64,000 nucleotides of DNA from Acidobacteriota bacterium (GTDB taxonomy: Bacteria > Acidobacteriota > Thermoanaerobaculia > Multivoradales > UBA5704): assembly GCA_034667225.1 (NCBI GenBank), contig JAXDKG010000051.1:106657-170656 (forward strand). The letters are read 5' to 3'. A program made the position numbers and the translations under genes. Under the pieces are notes generated by a model, which was given only the letters and a program-made list of their open reading frames with translations, made no database searches and was not told the DNA's origin. Positions within the stretch are counted from its first letter, which is position 1, and the number at the start of each line of letters is the position of its first letter. Shown piece after piece: positions 38,547 through 47,826 of this stretch.

Positions 38547-40256
38547 ATGCGCTGGAGCCAGTATTATCTGTTTACGACCCGTGAGGTTCCGAACGACGCG
38601 GAGGTGATCAGCCATCAATTGATGGTGCGCGCCGGCATGATCAAAAAGGTTGCGGCCGGCATCTACGATTACCTGCCGCTCGGCTGGCGAAGCTTGATGA
38701 AACTGATGAACATCGTCCGCCGCGAGATGGACGCGGCCGGCGCCATCGAGCTGATGCTGCCGAACATCCAGCCCGCGGAGCTCTGGCAGGAGTCCGGCCG
38801 CTGGCAGCGCTACGGCAAGGAATTGCTGCGCATCAAGGACCGTCACGACCGCGAGTTCGTCTTCGGTCCCACCGAGGAGGAAGTGATCACCGACATGGTG
38901 CGGCGCGACGTGAAGAGCTACCGCCAGCTCCCGTTCAACCTGTACCAGATCCAGACCAAGTTCCGCGACGAGATCCGTCCCCGCTTCGGATTGATGCGCG
39001 GCCGCGAGTTCCTCATGAAGGACGCCTACTCCTTCGGAACGAGCCCCGAGAGCCTGGACGTCACCTATGAATCGATGCGCAACGCCTACTGCCGGGTCTT
39101 CGAGGCGTGCCATCTCGATTATTCGCCGGTGGAGGCGGACGTCGGCACCATCGGCGGCTCGGCTTCCCACGAGTTCATGGTGGTGGCCGACACCGGAGAG
39201 AGCGCGGTCGTGCGCTGCCCGAGCTGCGGCTATGCCGCGAACGTGGAGCGGGCCGAGACGCGGGGGATCGCAACGGAGAAGGCGGAGGGCCGCGAGCCCC
39301 AGGAGCTGGAAGAGGTCGCGACTCCCGGCCAGAAGTCGATCGAAGAGGTCTCGAAGTTCCTCGGCATCGAGCCGCGGCAACTCGTGAAAACCCTGATCTA
39401 TGAGACCGAAAAAGGTTTCGTTGCGGTCCTGATCCGCGGCGACCGCGAGATCAACGAGATCAAGCTCACCAACCACCTGGACGTCCAGCACCTGGCCCTC
39501 GCGAGCGAGGACAAGGTGCGCGAGGTCACCAAGGCGCCGGTGGGCTTCGCCGGTCCGGTGGGTCTCTCCGGGCTGCGCATCGTGGCGGACGAGACGGTCC
39601 GCAACATGACCGACTTCGCCACCGGCGCCAACAAGGACGACGCGCACTACACGGGCGTCAACTGGGGGCGGGACGCCGACCTCTCCGAGTTCGTCGACCT
39701 GCTCCTCGTGAGCGGCGGCGATCCCTGCCCGCGCTGTGAAGGAACGCTCGAGCTGTTCCGAGGCATCGAGGTCGGGCACATCTTCAAGCTCGGCACCAAG
39801 TATTCGGAGAAGCTGGGCTGCAACTTCACGGACGAGGACGGCCAGGAGCGCCCCATGATCATGGGCTGCTACGGCCTCGGGATCGGCCGCACCGTAGCCG
39901 CCGCGATCGAGCAGAACCACGACGCGGACGGCATCATCTGGCCGCGCCCGCTCGCGCCCTTCGAGGTGCTGCTCGCGGCGCTCAACCCCGACGACGGCGA
40001 GGTGCGCCGCGTCGCGGAGCAGATCTACGGCCAGCTCCTGGAAAAGGGGATCGAGGTGCTCTACGACGACCGCGACGAGCGGCCGGGCGTGAAGTTCAAG
40101 GACGCGGACCTCGTCGGCTTCCCGGTGCGTGTGGTCGTGGGGGCCAAATCCCTGGCCGACGGCAAGGTCGAGGTCTCGCTGCGCCGCGACCGGCAGAAGC
40201 AACTCGTCCCCGTGGTGGAGGCGGTGTCGAGGGTGATGGAGCTGCTCGGGGAGTAG
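38547..40256 (+). CDS. proS: proline--tRNA ligase
   Basis: MRWSQYYLFTTREVPNDAEVISHQLMVRAGMIKKVAAGIYDYLPLG; class II aaRS motifs; bacterial-type editing domain. Confidence 0.9.
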   Translation: MRWSQYYLFTTREVPNDAEVISHQLMVRAGMIKKVAAGIYDYLPLGWRSLMKLMNIVRREMDAAGAIELMLPNIQPAELWQESGRWQRYGKELLRIKDRHDREFVFGPTEEEVITDMVRRDVKSYRQLPFNLYQIQTKFRDEIRPRFGLMRGREFLMKDAYSFGTSPESLDVTYESMRNAYCRVFEACHLDYSPVEADVGTIGGSASHEFMVVADTGESAVVRCPSCGYAANVERAETRGIATEKAEGREPQELEEVATPGQKSIEEVSKFLGIEPRQLVKTLIYETEKGFVAVLIRGDREINEIKLTNHLDVQHLALASEDKVREVTKAPVGFAGPVGLSGLRIVADETVRNMTDFATGANKDDAHYTGVNWGRDADLSEFVDLLLVSGGDPCPRCEGTLELFRGIEVGHIFKLGTKYSEKLGCNFTDEDGQERPMIMGCYGLGIGRTVAAAIEQNHDADGIIWPRPLAPFEVLLAALNPDDGEVRRVAEQIYGQLLEKGIEVLYDDRDERPGVKFKDADLVGFPVRVVVGAKSLADGKVEVSLRRDRQKQLVPVVEAVSRVMELLGE

Positions 40257-40284
40257 CCTGCGTCGAGGGTGTATACTTAGGCGT

Positions 40285-40533
40285 ATGGCCCGCATGCAAG
40301 TCTACCTCCCCGACGATTTGTACCAACAGGTGAAGGCCCGTGGTCTACCGGCCTCGGAGCTGCTTCAGAAGGCTGTGCGGGCGGAACTGCGTCGGCTGGA
40401 ATTGCTCACCGAGACCGACCGCTACGTTGCGGATCTGGTCGCCGAGGTGGGGCCACCCACTGCAGCTCAGCGCACACGCGCCTCCACCGTTGCGCGGCGG
40501 CTTGCGCGACGACCCACACGCCAAGTGGGTTGA
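40285..40533 (+). CDS. vapB: ribbon-helix-helix antitoxin (VapB/CopG-like)
   Basis: 82 aa; N-terminal beta-strand MQVYLPDDLYQQV then helices; overlaps the PIN gene by TTGA. Confidence 0.6.
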   Translation: MARMQVYLPDDLYQQVKARGLPASELLQKAVRAELRRLELLTETDRYVADLVAEVGPPTAAQRTRASTVARRLARRPTRQVG

Positions 40534-40919
40534 TCGCCGTGCTGGTTCTCGATTCGGGTGGAGTCAGCCGTCTGGCCGAGCGATCTCAGCAGGCGGCAGC
40601 GCTGATCCTGGCGTTTCGCGAAGAGGGACTGTGGCCACCCCTTGTTCCCTCCATCGTTCTGGTGGAGTGTTTACAGGGGCATCCTGGTCGCGACGCTCTC
40701 CCGAACAGCTTTCTCAAAACGTGCGACATCGTGGAGGAGATCGGGGAACCGCTGGCACGGCGAGCTGCGCTGTTGCGGAGGCTGGCACGGCGAGGCTCCG
40801 CAGTCGATGCGCTCGTCGTCGCCTTGGCCGAACCGGGAGGAACGGTGCTCACCTCGGACCTTGGCGATCTGGCCGCTCTTGCTCAATACGCACACGACGT
40901 CATTGTGGAGAAGGTCTGA
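40530..40919 (+). CDS. vapC: PIN-domain toxin VapC
   Basis: 129 aa; LVLDSGGV…VECLQG…DALVVALAEPGGTVLTSDLGDLAALA, the PIN acidic-residue pattern; TTG start. Confidence 0.65.
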   Translation: MIAVLVLDSGGVSRLAERSQQAAALILAFREEGLWPPLVPSIVLVECLQGHPGRDALPNSFLKTCDIVEEIGEPLARRAALLRRLARRGSAVDALVVALAEPGGTVLTSDLGDLAALAQYAHDVIVEKV

Positions 40920-40974
40920 TTCCAGCCAAGACACCCACAAGGGTCTCTACACCCTGCAGGCGCGTTTAAAAGAC

Positions 40975-41460
40975 AAACAGCGCACGAGAATCAATTCGGG
41001 TCCATTAGAATGGAGTCGAGCGCACAGAATCCAATCTGTTGGAGCCGAAATCTTTTTCGACGAGTCCGAAATGCATTCTAGCGTTTTAAAATGAAAACGG
41101 AAGCTTCCGAAGAGAGTTTAGCTCCATAAGATTCAATTCAGAGAGACTTCAGATTCAATCTAATATAGCCGAAATCAATTCGAGCTCTCAAGAATCAAAT
41201 CGGACGCCTCGTTATCCAATCTATTGGAGCCGAAGTCATTTCGAACCCTTCAGATTCGATTCTGAGGCGTCATGATCCAATCTATTGGAGCCAAAGTCTT
41301 TTTGAGACGCTCGAAGTCTTCTCTGGCGCCTCAAAATCGAATTCAGAGCGCCGAAAGTCTCGCCGGGCGCTTCGAATTTCTATCTAGCGCGCTCGAAGAG
41401 ATCTCGGCGGGCTGAAATCCCATTCTGCGTGCCGAAATCGGTCTTCGGGTCGGCGCGCCT
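40975..41460. repeat. degenerate tandem array, ~62-bp period, ~8 units, AT-richer (~45% GC), non-coding
   Basis: best-conserved 33-bp core ATCCAATCT(A/G)TTGGAGCC(G/A)AA(G/A)TC(A/T)TT(T/C)CGA at 41028, 41214, 41276, with degenerate copies at ~41150, ~41334, ~41415; the inter-core segments are also mutually similar (e.g. tcaagaatcaaatcggacgcctcgtt vs ttcagattcgattctgaggcgtcatg). Confidence 0.6.
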
Positions 41461-41488
41461 GCTGAACGGCGGCTGAACAGGCCGTTCA
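41461..41488. promoter_or_regulatory. palindromic TGAAC-containing site (CTGAACGGC-N10-GCCGTTCAG) upstream of the secreted-protein/metalloprotease operon
   Basis: 9-bp perfect inverted repeat ~80 nt upstream of the 41567 start; TGAAC/GTTCA occurs 4 times within 45 bp. Confidence 0.3.
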
Positions 41489-41566
41489 GCGTCCATTCAG
41501 CAAAGCCTCGCCACAATGACTGCCATAACGAAGTCCTAACGAGGAAAGGATTCTGGAGGTACCACT

Positions 41567-42184
41567 ATGAGCATTGAGTTGGTCCGCATGAACAGAATGA
41601 GGAAAGCCCTCTTCGGGCTCGCGGCTCTCCTCGCCGCGGGCACCGCGCCCCCTGTCGATGCCTCCACGTTCAACCGCGTGGGACTCGACTACCTGGTTGC
41701 CGAGAACGGGACGATTGTGGTGGGAGAGGTGGTGGACGCGCGCTCGTACTGGAACGAAGGCCGGACGTTCATCCTAACTGATTACCGGGTGAGCGTGACC
41801 GAGGTCCTCAAGGGACAGGGCGCGGCCCGGGAGATCACCGTCACAATCCCCGGCGGCACGGTGGACGATCTGACGGCGCGGCTCGTGGGCGCCGCCGACC
41901 TGGTCCCGGGCAAGTGGTACGTGCTCTTCCTCGACCGGGCCAACATGATGGGCGCCCGCGGGTTGCTTTCCGTTCGCGACCACTCCCAGGGTGTCTTCGA
42001 CCTCGAGATGACGGCGCAGGGCCTGCGTGCGGTCAGCCAGGCGCGCCGGCACTCCCTGCGGCCGGATGCCAGGGGCAACGGGGTACCGGTGGGCGGAGGC
42101 GAGGGAATGCCGTTCACGACTCTGATCCAGACGGTGCGCGAGCTCGCGGACCGGGAGCGGGGAAGCCGCCAGGAGGTGAAGTGA
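41567..42184 (+). CDS. secreted protein of unknown function
   Basis: 205 aa; signal peptide MRKALFGLAALLAAGTAPPVDAS; stop overlaps the next ATG (TGATG). Confidence 0.5.
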   Translation: MSIELVRMNRMRKALFGLAALLAAGTAPPVDASTFNRVGLDYLVAENGTIVVGEVVDARSYWNEGRTFILTDYRVSVTEVLKGQGAAREITVTIPGGTVDDLTARLVGAADLVPGKWYVLFLDRANMMGARGLLSVRDHSQGVFDLEMTAQGLRAVSQARRHSLRPDARGNGVPVGGGEGMPFTTLIQTVRELADRERGSRQEVK

Positions 42185-43668
42185 TGAACCCGAGAAAACT
42201 GACCGGTCTATCGGTCCTGGCGCTGCTCGTCGCGCTCGCCGGGCCGGCACCTTCTCCCGCGTACAGGATGAACTACAGCTCGACAGGGTGGAAGACCTCA
42301 GGCCCTGAGGTGGCGTGCGGCTATTTCAACGGCTTCGACCACTGGAACACCGGCACCATCACATGGTATCTGAACACTTCGGGAATGACGTCGCAACAGG
42401 CGACGGACAGGTCCAATGCCATCCAGGATGCCCTGGATACCTGGAACGACGCGGGTTTCGATCGCCAACTGGTCTGGGGAGGGACGGCGAGCGGCTCGTT
42501 CATGGGGCGCGACGACAAGAACGTGATGTTGTGGAGCACCCGTGACGAGTGCGACGAGGCTTCCTGCCATGCCATCACGGCCGTCTACATGAAGGGCTAT
42601 CCGGACGCCCCGACGAATGGGAACGTGATCATCGAATCGGACATCCTTTTCAACGCCGACGCGACCCTGGCTTTCGACTGGAGGACCGACGGCACTTCCA
42701 GCCCAGAGTGCTGGGACACCGAGGGGAGCACCGGGCTCATGATCGACACGCAGGGAGTCGCCACCCACGAGCTCGGTCACAGCCTCGGGATCGGTCACAC
42801 CGAGAAACCGAGCCCGCCGGACGTGCTCCTTTCGAACACGGTGCCCACGATGGGTGGCATCGGCTGCACGGAAGAGGCGCAGGATCTCGCCACGGACGAC
42901 CTCAACGCCCTCAACTGCTCCATGACGCGCTACCCGTACGACCCCGATTATGCTGGCGAGCTCGAGGTCGTCAACTGCCGGGAGATCAGCGGCTGGGCCT
43001 TGAACGAGAGCGAAACCTGGCAGAAGAGCTACGTCGAGCTGCTCTTCCCCAACACCAGCACCGTCAAAGCCGTGCTGAATGCGAACTTCTACACCGGAGG
43101 CCCGCACGGCGTCCACTATTTCCGGTACACCCCGAACAACACTTTCTTCACCGGGGTCTGGTACACGGTGGGAGCCCGGTACTCCGGGAACGGCGCGGCC
43201 CTCACCGGATCGCCGAAGCCGATCATCTGCTACGCCCGCATCTTCAAGACCCAGTCGCCCGCGGAGAGCGCCTCGACGGGAGGCGTCTACACGGTGGGCA
43301 CCCGGTTCAGCTCGAACCGGGCCGGTTACATCACGGAGCTCGGCTTCCACCGCGCGGATGGCGAAACCGGGTCCAACACCCTCCGCCTCTGGACCGACGG
43401 CGGCCAGAAGCTCGCCGAAAAGACGGCGACCTGCACCTCCTCAGGCTGGTGCTGGGTCAACATCCCGGACGTGTCGATCACGGCGAACACCTACTACCGG
43501 GTGGCGGTCAACACCAACACCAAGCAATCTAAGACCGGCTGCGGTCTCGGTTCGGGGATCACCAACGATCCCCTGACCGCTCATCACGGCTACTGGATCG
43601 CGGGCGACGACTTTCCCACCGAACAGAGCTGCACGAACTTCTTCGTCGACGTGAGGTTCGACATGTAG
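42184..43668 (+). CDS. secreted metzincin-type zinc metalloprotease (M10/matrixin-like catalytic domain) with ~230-aa C-terminal domain of unknown function
   Basis: signal MNPRKLTGLSVLALLVALAGPAPSPA; zinc motif HELGHSLGIGHT (HExxHxxGxxH); track ORF starts upstream in frame at 41914, but a signal peptide follows ATG 42184. Confidence 0.7.
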   Translation: MNPRKLTGLSVLALLVALAGPAPSPAYRMNYSSTGWKTSGPEVACGYFNGFDHWNTGTITWYLNTSGMTSQQATDRSNAIQDALDTWNDAGFDRQLVWGGTASGSFMGRDDKNVMLWSTRDECDEASCHAITAVYMKGYPDAPTNGNVIIESDILFNADATLAFDWRTDGTSSPECWDTEGSTGLMIDTQGVATHELGHSLGIGHTEKPSPPDVLLSNTVPTMGGIGCTEEAQDLATDDLNALNCSMTRYPYDPDYAGELEVVNCREISGWALNESETWQKSYVELLFPNTSTVKAVLNANFYTGGPHGVHYFRYTPNNTFFTGVWYTVGARYSGNGAALTGSPKPIICYARIFKTQSPAESASTGGVYTVGTRFSSNRAGYITELGFHRADGETGSNTLRLWTDGGQKLAEKTATCTSSGWCWVNIPDVSITANTYYRVAVNTNTKQSKTGCGLGSGITNDPLTAHHGYWIAGDDFPTEQSCTNFFVDVRFDM

Positions 43669-43789
43669 CCGCGAGCCCGCTTCGGGGTGCCGGCCGATCC
43701 GCCGGCACCTCCCTTTCAACGGAAGTACGGCGCCACAGAGCGCGCCTGGTGGAGCGCCCGGGCCAAGGCGAGTACAATCTCCGCCCGTC

Positions 43790-44629
43790 ATGCCGCAGAA
43801 GCTGATCGAAAACGTATCGGACACGGCCCGGTGGGTGGCGTTCTACCGCGCGATGGAGAGCGAGCGGCCCGATGCCCTGTTCCGCGACCCCTGGGCGCGG
43901 AAGCTGGCGGGCGAGCGCGGCGCGGCCATCGTGCGCCACATCCCCCGGGCCCAGGCCATGGCCTGGGCGCTGATCGTCCGCACCCAGGTCTTCGACGAGC
44001 TGATCCTGCAAGCCGTGCAGCGCGGCGGTGCCGATGTGGTGCTGAACCTCGCGGCCGGCTTCGACACCCGCCCCTACCGTCTCCCCCTGCCGCCCGCCCT
44101 CCGCTGGATCGAGGTCGACCTCCCCGAGCTTCTCGCGCACAAGGAGCGGGAGCTGGCGGGGGATCGTCCGGTCTGCAAACTGGAGCGGGTGCGGCTCGAT
44201 CTGGCGGACGCCGAAGCGCGCCGCGCCCTGTTCAATCGGGTCGGCGGGATGGGGGAGCGGGTGCTGGTTGCCTCCGAGGGGCTGCTGCTCTATCTCACTC
44301 CGGAGCAGGTGGCGCCGCTCGCCGAGGACCTCCACAGGCCGGCGAGCTTCCACTGGTGGATCACCGACCTCCTCTCGCCCGCGCTCCGCAAGCGGCTCCA
44401 TCGGAGCTGGGGCAAGCACTTGGAGGGCGCGAGCTCGCTCTACGAGTTCGCTCCCGAGGAGGGACCTGATTTCTTCCGTCCCTACGGCTGGGACGTGGCC
44501 GAGTTCCGCCCGGTCTTCGACGAGGCGCGCCGGCTCAAGCGGGAGATGCCTCTGGCCTGGCTCCTCGCCTGGATCGGGCGAAAAGGTTTTGGCAAAGGCG
44601 CGGGCGTCGCCTTCCTGGAGCGGAAGTGA
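43790..44629 (+). CDS. class I SAM-dependent methyltransferase (Lcm/TcmP-like O-methyltransferase family)
   Basis: 279 aa; VLNLAAGFDTRPYRL…WIEVDLPE… pattern of the leucine carboxyl methyltransferase superfamily. Confidence 0.55.
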   Translation: MPQKLIENVSDTARWVAFYRAMESERPDALFRDPWARKLAGERGAAIVRHIPRAQAMAWALIVRTQVFDELILQAVQRGGADVVLNLAAGFDTRPYRLPLPPALRWIEVDLPELLAHKERELAGDRPVCKLERVRLDLADAEARRALFNRVGGMGERVLVASEGLLLYLTPEQVAPLAEDLHRPASFHWWITDLLSPALRKRLHRSWGKHLEGASSLYEFAPEEGPDFFRPYGWDVAEFRPVFDEARRLKREMPLAWLLAWIGRKGFGKGAGVAFLERK

Positions 44630-45576
44630 ACGTTGCTGCTGCCCTGCAAGCGATCGCCGGCGTGCTTCCTCGCACTCCGGTCCTCCGCTCGGAGGTGCTC
44701 GACAATCTGGCGGGGGCTCGGCTCTGGTTCAAAGCCGAGGGGCTCCAGATCACCGGCTCGTTCAAGGTGCGGGGCGCCTGGAACCGGGTGCGCTCGTTCA
44801 CTCCCGAGGAGCTGACGCCCGGCCTGATCACGGTGAGCGCGGGCAACGCGGCCCTGGGCGCGGCCTGGGCGGCTCGGGCCGCAGGGGCCCGCCTGGTGGT
44901 GGTCATGCCCGAGAATGCCGTGCCCGAGAAGCTCATCGCGGTGGCCGCCATGGGAGCCCGCATCGAAAAGGAAGGAGTCACGAACGCCACGCAGGCATTC
45001 GAGCGGCTCGCCCGGCTCCGCGCCGAGCACGGCTACACCCTGGTCCATCCATTCGACGATCCCTTCGTCATTGCCGGAGCCGCCACGGCCACTTGGGAGC
45101 TGCTCGAAGAGGTCCCGGACCTCGACGCCGTGGTGGTCCCCACCTCCGGCGGCGGGCTCTTCGCCGGGGCGATCCTGGCGGCTCGGACTGCAACGGTTCA
45201 TGGAATCCAGCCCTTCGGAGCCGACGGACTGATCCGCTCGCTGGCGGCGGGGGAGCCGACGCCGCCGGAGCGGGTGCAGACCGTGGCCGACGGCCTGACC
45301 GCTCCCAAACCAGGTGTACTCAACTTCAAGATCATCCGTGAGGCGGTCGAACAGGGAAGGGCGGACACATCGACCGTGAGCGACGAGGCGATCCTCGAAG
45401 CCATGGGGCTGATCATCCGCCACCTGCGGGTAATCGTGGAGCCGGCTGCCGCCGCGGGGCTGGCGGGAGTATTGGCGGGGGTGCTCGTCAACGACCGCTT
45501 CCGGGGGAAGAAGGTCGGCGTGGTGCTCAGCGGCAGCAACGCGGGCATGGAGCGGGTGCGGTCGGTGCTGGCTTAA
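44626..45576 (+). CDS. PLP-dependent threonine/serine dehydratase family enzyme (fold type II)
   Basis: 316 aa; PLP lysine motif TGSFKVRGAWNRV; glycine-rich loop PTSGGGLFAG. Confidence 0.65.
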   Translation: MNVAAALQAIAGVLPRTPVLRSEVLDNLAGARLWFKAEGLQITGSFKVRGAWNRVRSFTPEELTPGLITVSAGNAALGAAWAARAAGARLVVVMPENAVPEKLIAVAAMGARIEKEGVTNATQAFERLARLRAEHGYTLVHPFDDPFVIAGAATATWELLEEVPDLDAVVVPTSGGGLFAGAILAARTATVHGIQPFGADGLIRSLAAGEPTPPERVQTVADGLTAPKPGVLNFKIIREAVEQGRADTSTVSDEAILEAMGLIIRHLRVIVEPAAAAGLAGVLAGVLVNDRFRGKKVGVVLSGSNAGMERVRSVLA

Positions 45577-46322
45577 TGGCTCCGATATTGCCGAGGCACC
45601 GTCCGCAGGAAGCTCGCCCGGTGGACGAGGATGCGGGCGAGCTGGTCGTGCTCCTTGAGCGCTGTGAATATTTCGGCGGACCGGTCGAGCAGGTCTAGGG
45701 CCCGCTGCATCTGGCCGAGGTCTCGGCGCAGGACCGCCTCCAGCAGGTCGATGCGCGCCGCGAGGTCCGGATCGGCCCCGCCGCGCTCCTCGTGCAGCCG
45801 GCTCTCCGCGAAGGCCAGCAGGGCCTGCTCGGGATCGCCTGAGGTGCGGAGCGCCTCCCCCTCCATGGCGAAGGAGTAGGCCTCGAGGTCGGCGAGCGCG
45901 GCCGTGCCGCCGCAGGATCTGGGATCCACCTGTCCGGTCACGGCGCGGGCGAGCCGGGCGAGCCTCTGGCCCTTGTCCGGATCGCGCAGGATCTCCGTCT
46001 CGCAGCGCTTCAGGATGTAGGAGGCCAGGGCGTAGCTGTGGAACCGGCCGTCCAGCGCGAGCGCCGTCTCCCTCTCGATCTCAGGCATGGCGAGGAGCTC
46101 GGCCAGCAGGTCCGGCGCCGCCGCTTTCTCGGCCCGGACCTCCGGAAGCCTGCGGAGCGTGCCCTCGGCTGCCCGGAACAGGGCGGCGCGATAGCCACTG
46201 TCCTCCTCGGCCGCGACCTCCCTGAGGCGCGACCGGCACTCCTCGCACTCCTCCAGATGCTGCATCTCGACCGCAAACCTGCGGGCGAGGGCCCTCGTCT
46301 GCTCCTCGGTCAGGTGTGACAT
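45573..46322 (-). CDS. hypothetical helical protein, short paralogue of 46457-47788 (N-terminal Cys cluster ECEECRSR)
   Basis: 249 aa; shares a ~200-aa core with the next gene (LAELLAMP…RFH.Y.LASY.L.RCE…DPR.CGGTAALADLEAY..AME…RGGADPDL.ARIDLLEA.LRRDL). Confidence 0.5.
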   Translation of the reverse strand: MSHLTEEQTRALARRFAVEMQHLEECEECRSRLREVAAEEDSGYRAALFRAAEGTLRRLPEVRAEKAAAPDLLAELLAMPEIERETALALDGRFHSYALASYILKRCETEILRDPDKGQRLARLARAVTGQVDPRSCGGTAALADLEAYSFAMEGEALRTSGDPEQALLAFAESRLHEERGGADPDLAARIDLLEAVLRRDLGQMQRALDLLDRSAEIFTALKEHDQLARILVHRASFLRTVPRQYRSH

Positions 46323-46456
46323 GGCCGCAATCCCTCCCCGAATCTTAGGTCCTCCTTATATAAGTTGCCGCACGGGCGAAAAAAATGACACCGGCTCGGA
46401 AAGAGCCGGTGTCAGGGATGCTCGAAAGAGGGTCGAGGGGGGCTAGTTCGCCGGAT

Positions 46457-47788
46457 TTAGTTCGCCGGATTACCGCGGACCTGGTTCACACGGACCCGGT
46501 CGGCGGCATGGGCGAGGAGCTTGAAGCTGACCGTCTGCCGCTCGGCGGCCTGTTGCACCGCCTTGAGGGCGGCGAGCGCCTCCGGATGGACGTCCCGGGA
46601 CTGGAACAGACGTACCAGGTCCGAGGCGACACGGAAGACCTCGGCGGTCTCCCCGCGGCGGGCGTAGACCATGACCAGGTCGAGCCCGGCCAGAGCCGCG
46701 TCGTAGGCGTAGCCGTGCTCGGTGAGCCGGTCCATCGCCTGCGTGAGGAGCTCCTCGGCCCGGGCCAGATCCTCGTCCAGCTCCCGCGCGATGAGCCCCT
46801 CCGCCCAGATGCGGCGGCTGACGGTCAGCGGGTCGTTGTACTGGAGGTACAGGTCCTTGGAGGACTCGTAGAGGTCCGCCGCCTCGCGCGCGCTCCCGCA
46901 CTCGGCGAGGGCGAAGATGAGGTTGTGGCGCACCACCAAGGCGAGCCAGGGGTCGTTGGCCAGGGTCAGGGCTTTGCGCAGGTTCTCGATCACCCGGTCC
47001 AGCTCCTTCGTGACCAGGAAGACGTTGGCCCGGTTGATGATCGCCCGTGCCTGCCGGTTGCGGTCGTTGAGGGCCACGAAGCCCCGCTCCGCCCGGTCGA
47101 GGAGCTCGAAGGCGGCGGCGAACTGGCGCAGATCGCGGCGCAGCGAAGCTTCCAATAGGTCGATGCGGGCCGAGAGGTCGGGGTCCGCGCCTCCGCGGTC
47201 CTGCGTGCGGCGCGACAGCAGAAACGTGCTGAACGCCTCCTGCAGGTTGCCTCCCACGCGCGCGGCGTTCGCTTCCATGGCCATGGCATAGGCCTCGAGG
47301 TCGGCCAGGGCCGCGGTGCCGCCGCACTCCCGCGGGTCGGCCTGCTCGGCGACGGTCCGTGCGAGCCGGGCCAGCTCTCCGGCCATCGCCGGATCGTGGA
47401 AGACCACCTTCTCGCAACGTTCCAGAGTGTACGAAGCGAGGGAGTAGGTGTGGAACCGCGCCTGCGAGGCCACGGCCGACTCCCTCTCATGATTGGGCAT
47501 CGCCAGCAACTCGGCGAGTTGGGCGGGGGCCGAGGCCCTCTCCCCCGAGACCTGGGAGGTGCGGCTCAGGACTGTCCTGAGCACCTGGTCCAGGGACTCG
47601 TCGTCTTCGAGGACCGACGACCCGCCGGCGACCTGGGATTCCTCCTCCAGATCTGGCGTGCCTTCTGCCGTGCCTTCCTTCTCCGCATTGAGAGCCCGTG
47701 CGAGAACTCGTGCCAAGGCACCCATCCGCTTGTCCGGCGAACGTTCCATGTCTGTCTCCTCGTGCCGAGTCGCTGCTTTCCCTACCAT
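46457..47788 (-). CDS. hypothetical helical (TPR-like) protein, long paralogue of 45573-46322
   Basis: 443 aa; same conserved core as above plus ~190-aa C-terminal helical extension; acidic N-terminus. Confidence 0.5.
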   Translation of the reverse strand: MVGKAATRHEETDMERSPDKRMGALARVLARALNAEKEGTAEGTPDLEEESQVAGGSSVLEDDESLDQVLRTVLSRTSQVSGERASAPAQLAELLAMPNHERESAVASQARFHTYSLASYTLERCEKVVFHDPAMAGELARLARTVAEQADPRECGGTAALADLEAYAMAMEANAARVGGNLQEAFSTFLLSRRTQDRGGADPDLSARIDLLEASLRRDLRQFAAAFELLDRAERGFVALNDRNRQARAIINRANVFLVTKELDRVIENLRKALTLANDPWLALVVRHNLIFALAECGSAREAADLYESSKDLYLQYNDPLTVSRRIWAEGLIARELDEDLARAEELLTQAMDRLTEHGYAYDAALAGLDLVMVYARRGETAEVFRVASDLVRLFQSRDVHPEALAALKAVQQAAERQTVSFKLLAHAADRVRVNQVRGNPAN

Positions 47789-47826
47789 TCTACCTTGAAC
47801 GCATCACACATCAAAAAATGAAGGAT

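Noticed and set aside
40975-41460. Possible CRISPR array (33-bp repeats at ~62-bp spacing)
   Set aside because: The repeat copies diverge by 15-35% and the inter-repeat segments are homologous to each other rather than unique; no cas genes in the window. It fits a degenerate tandem array better.
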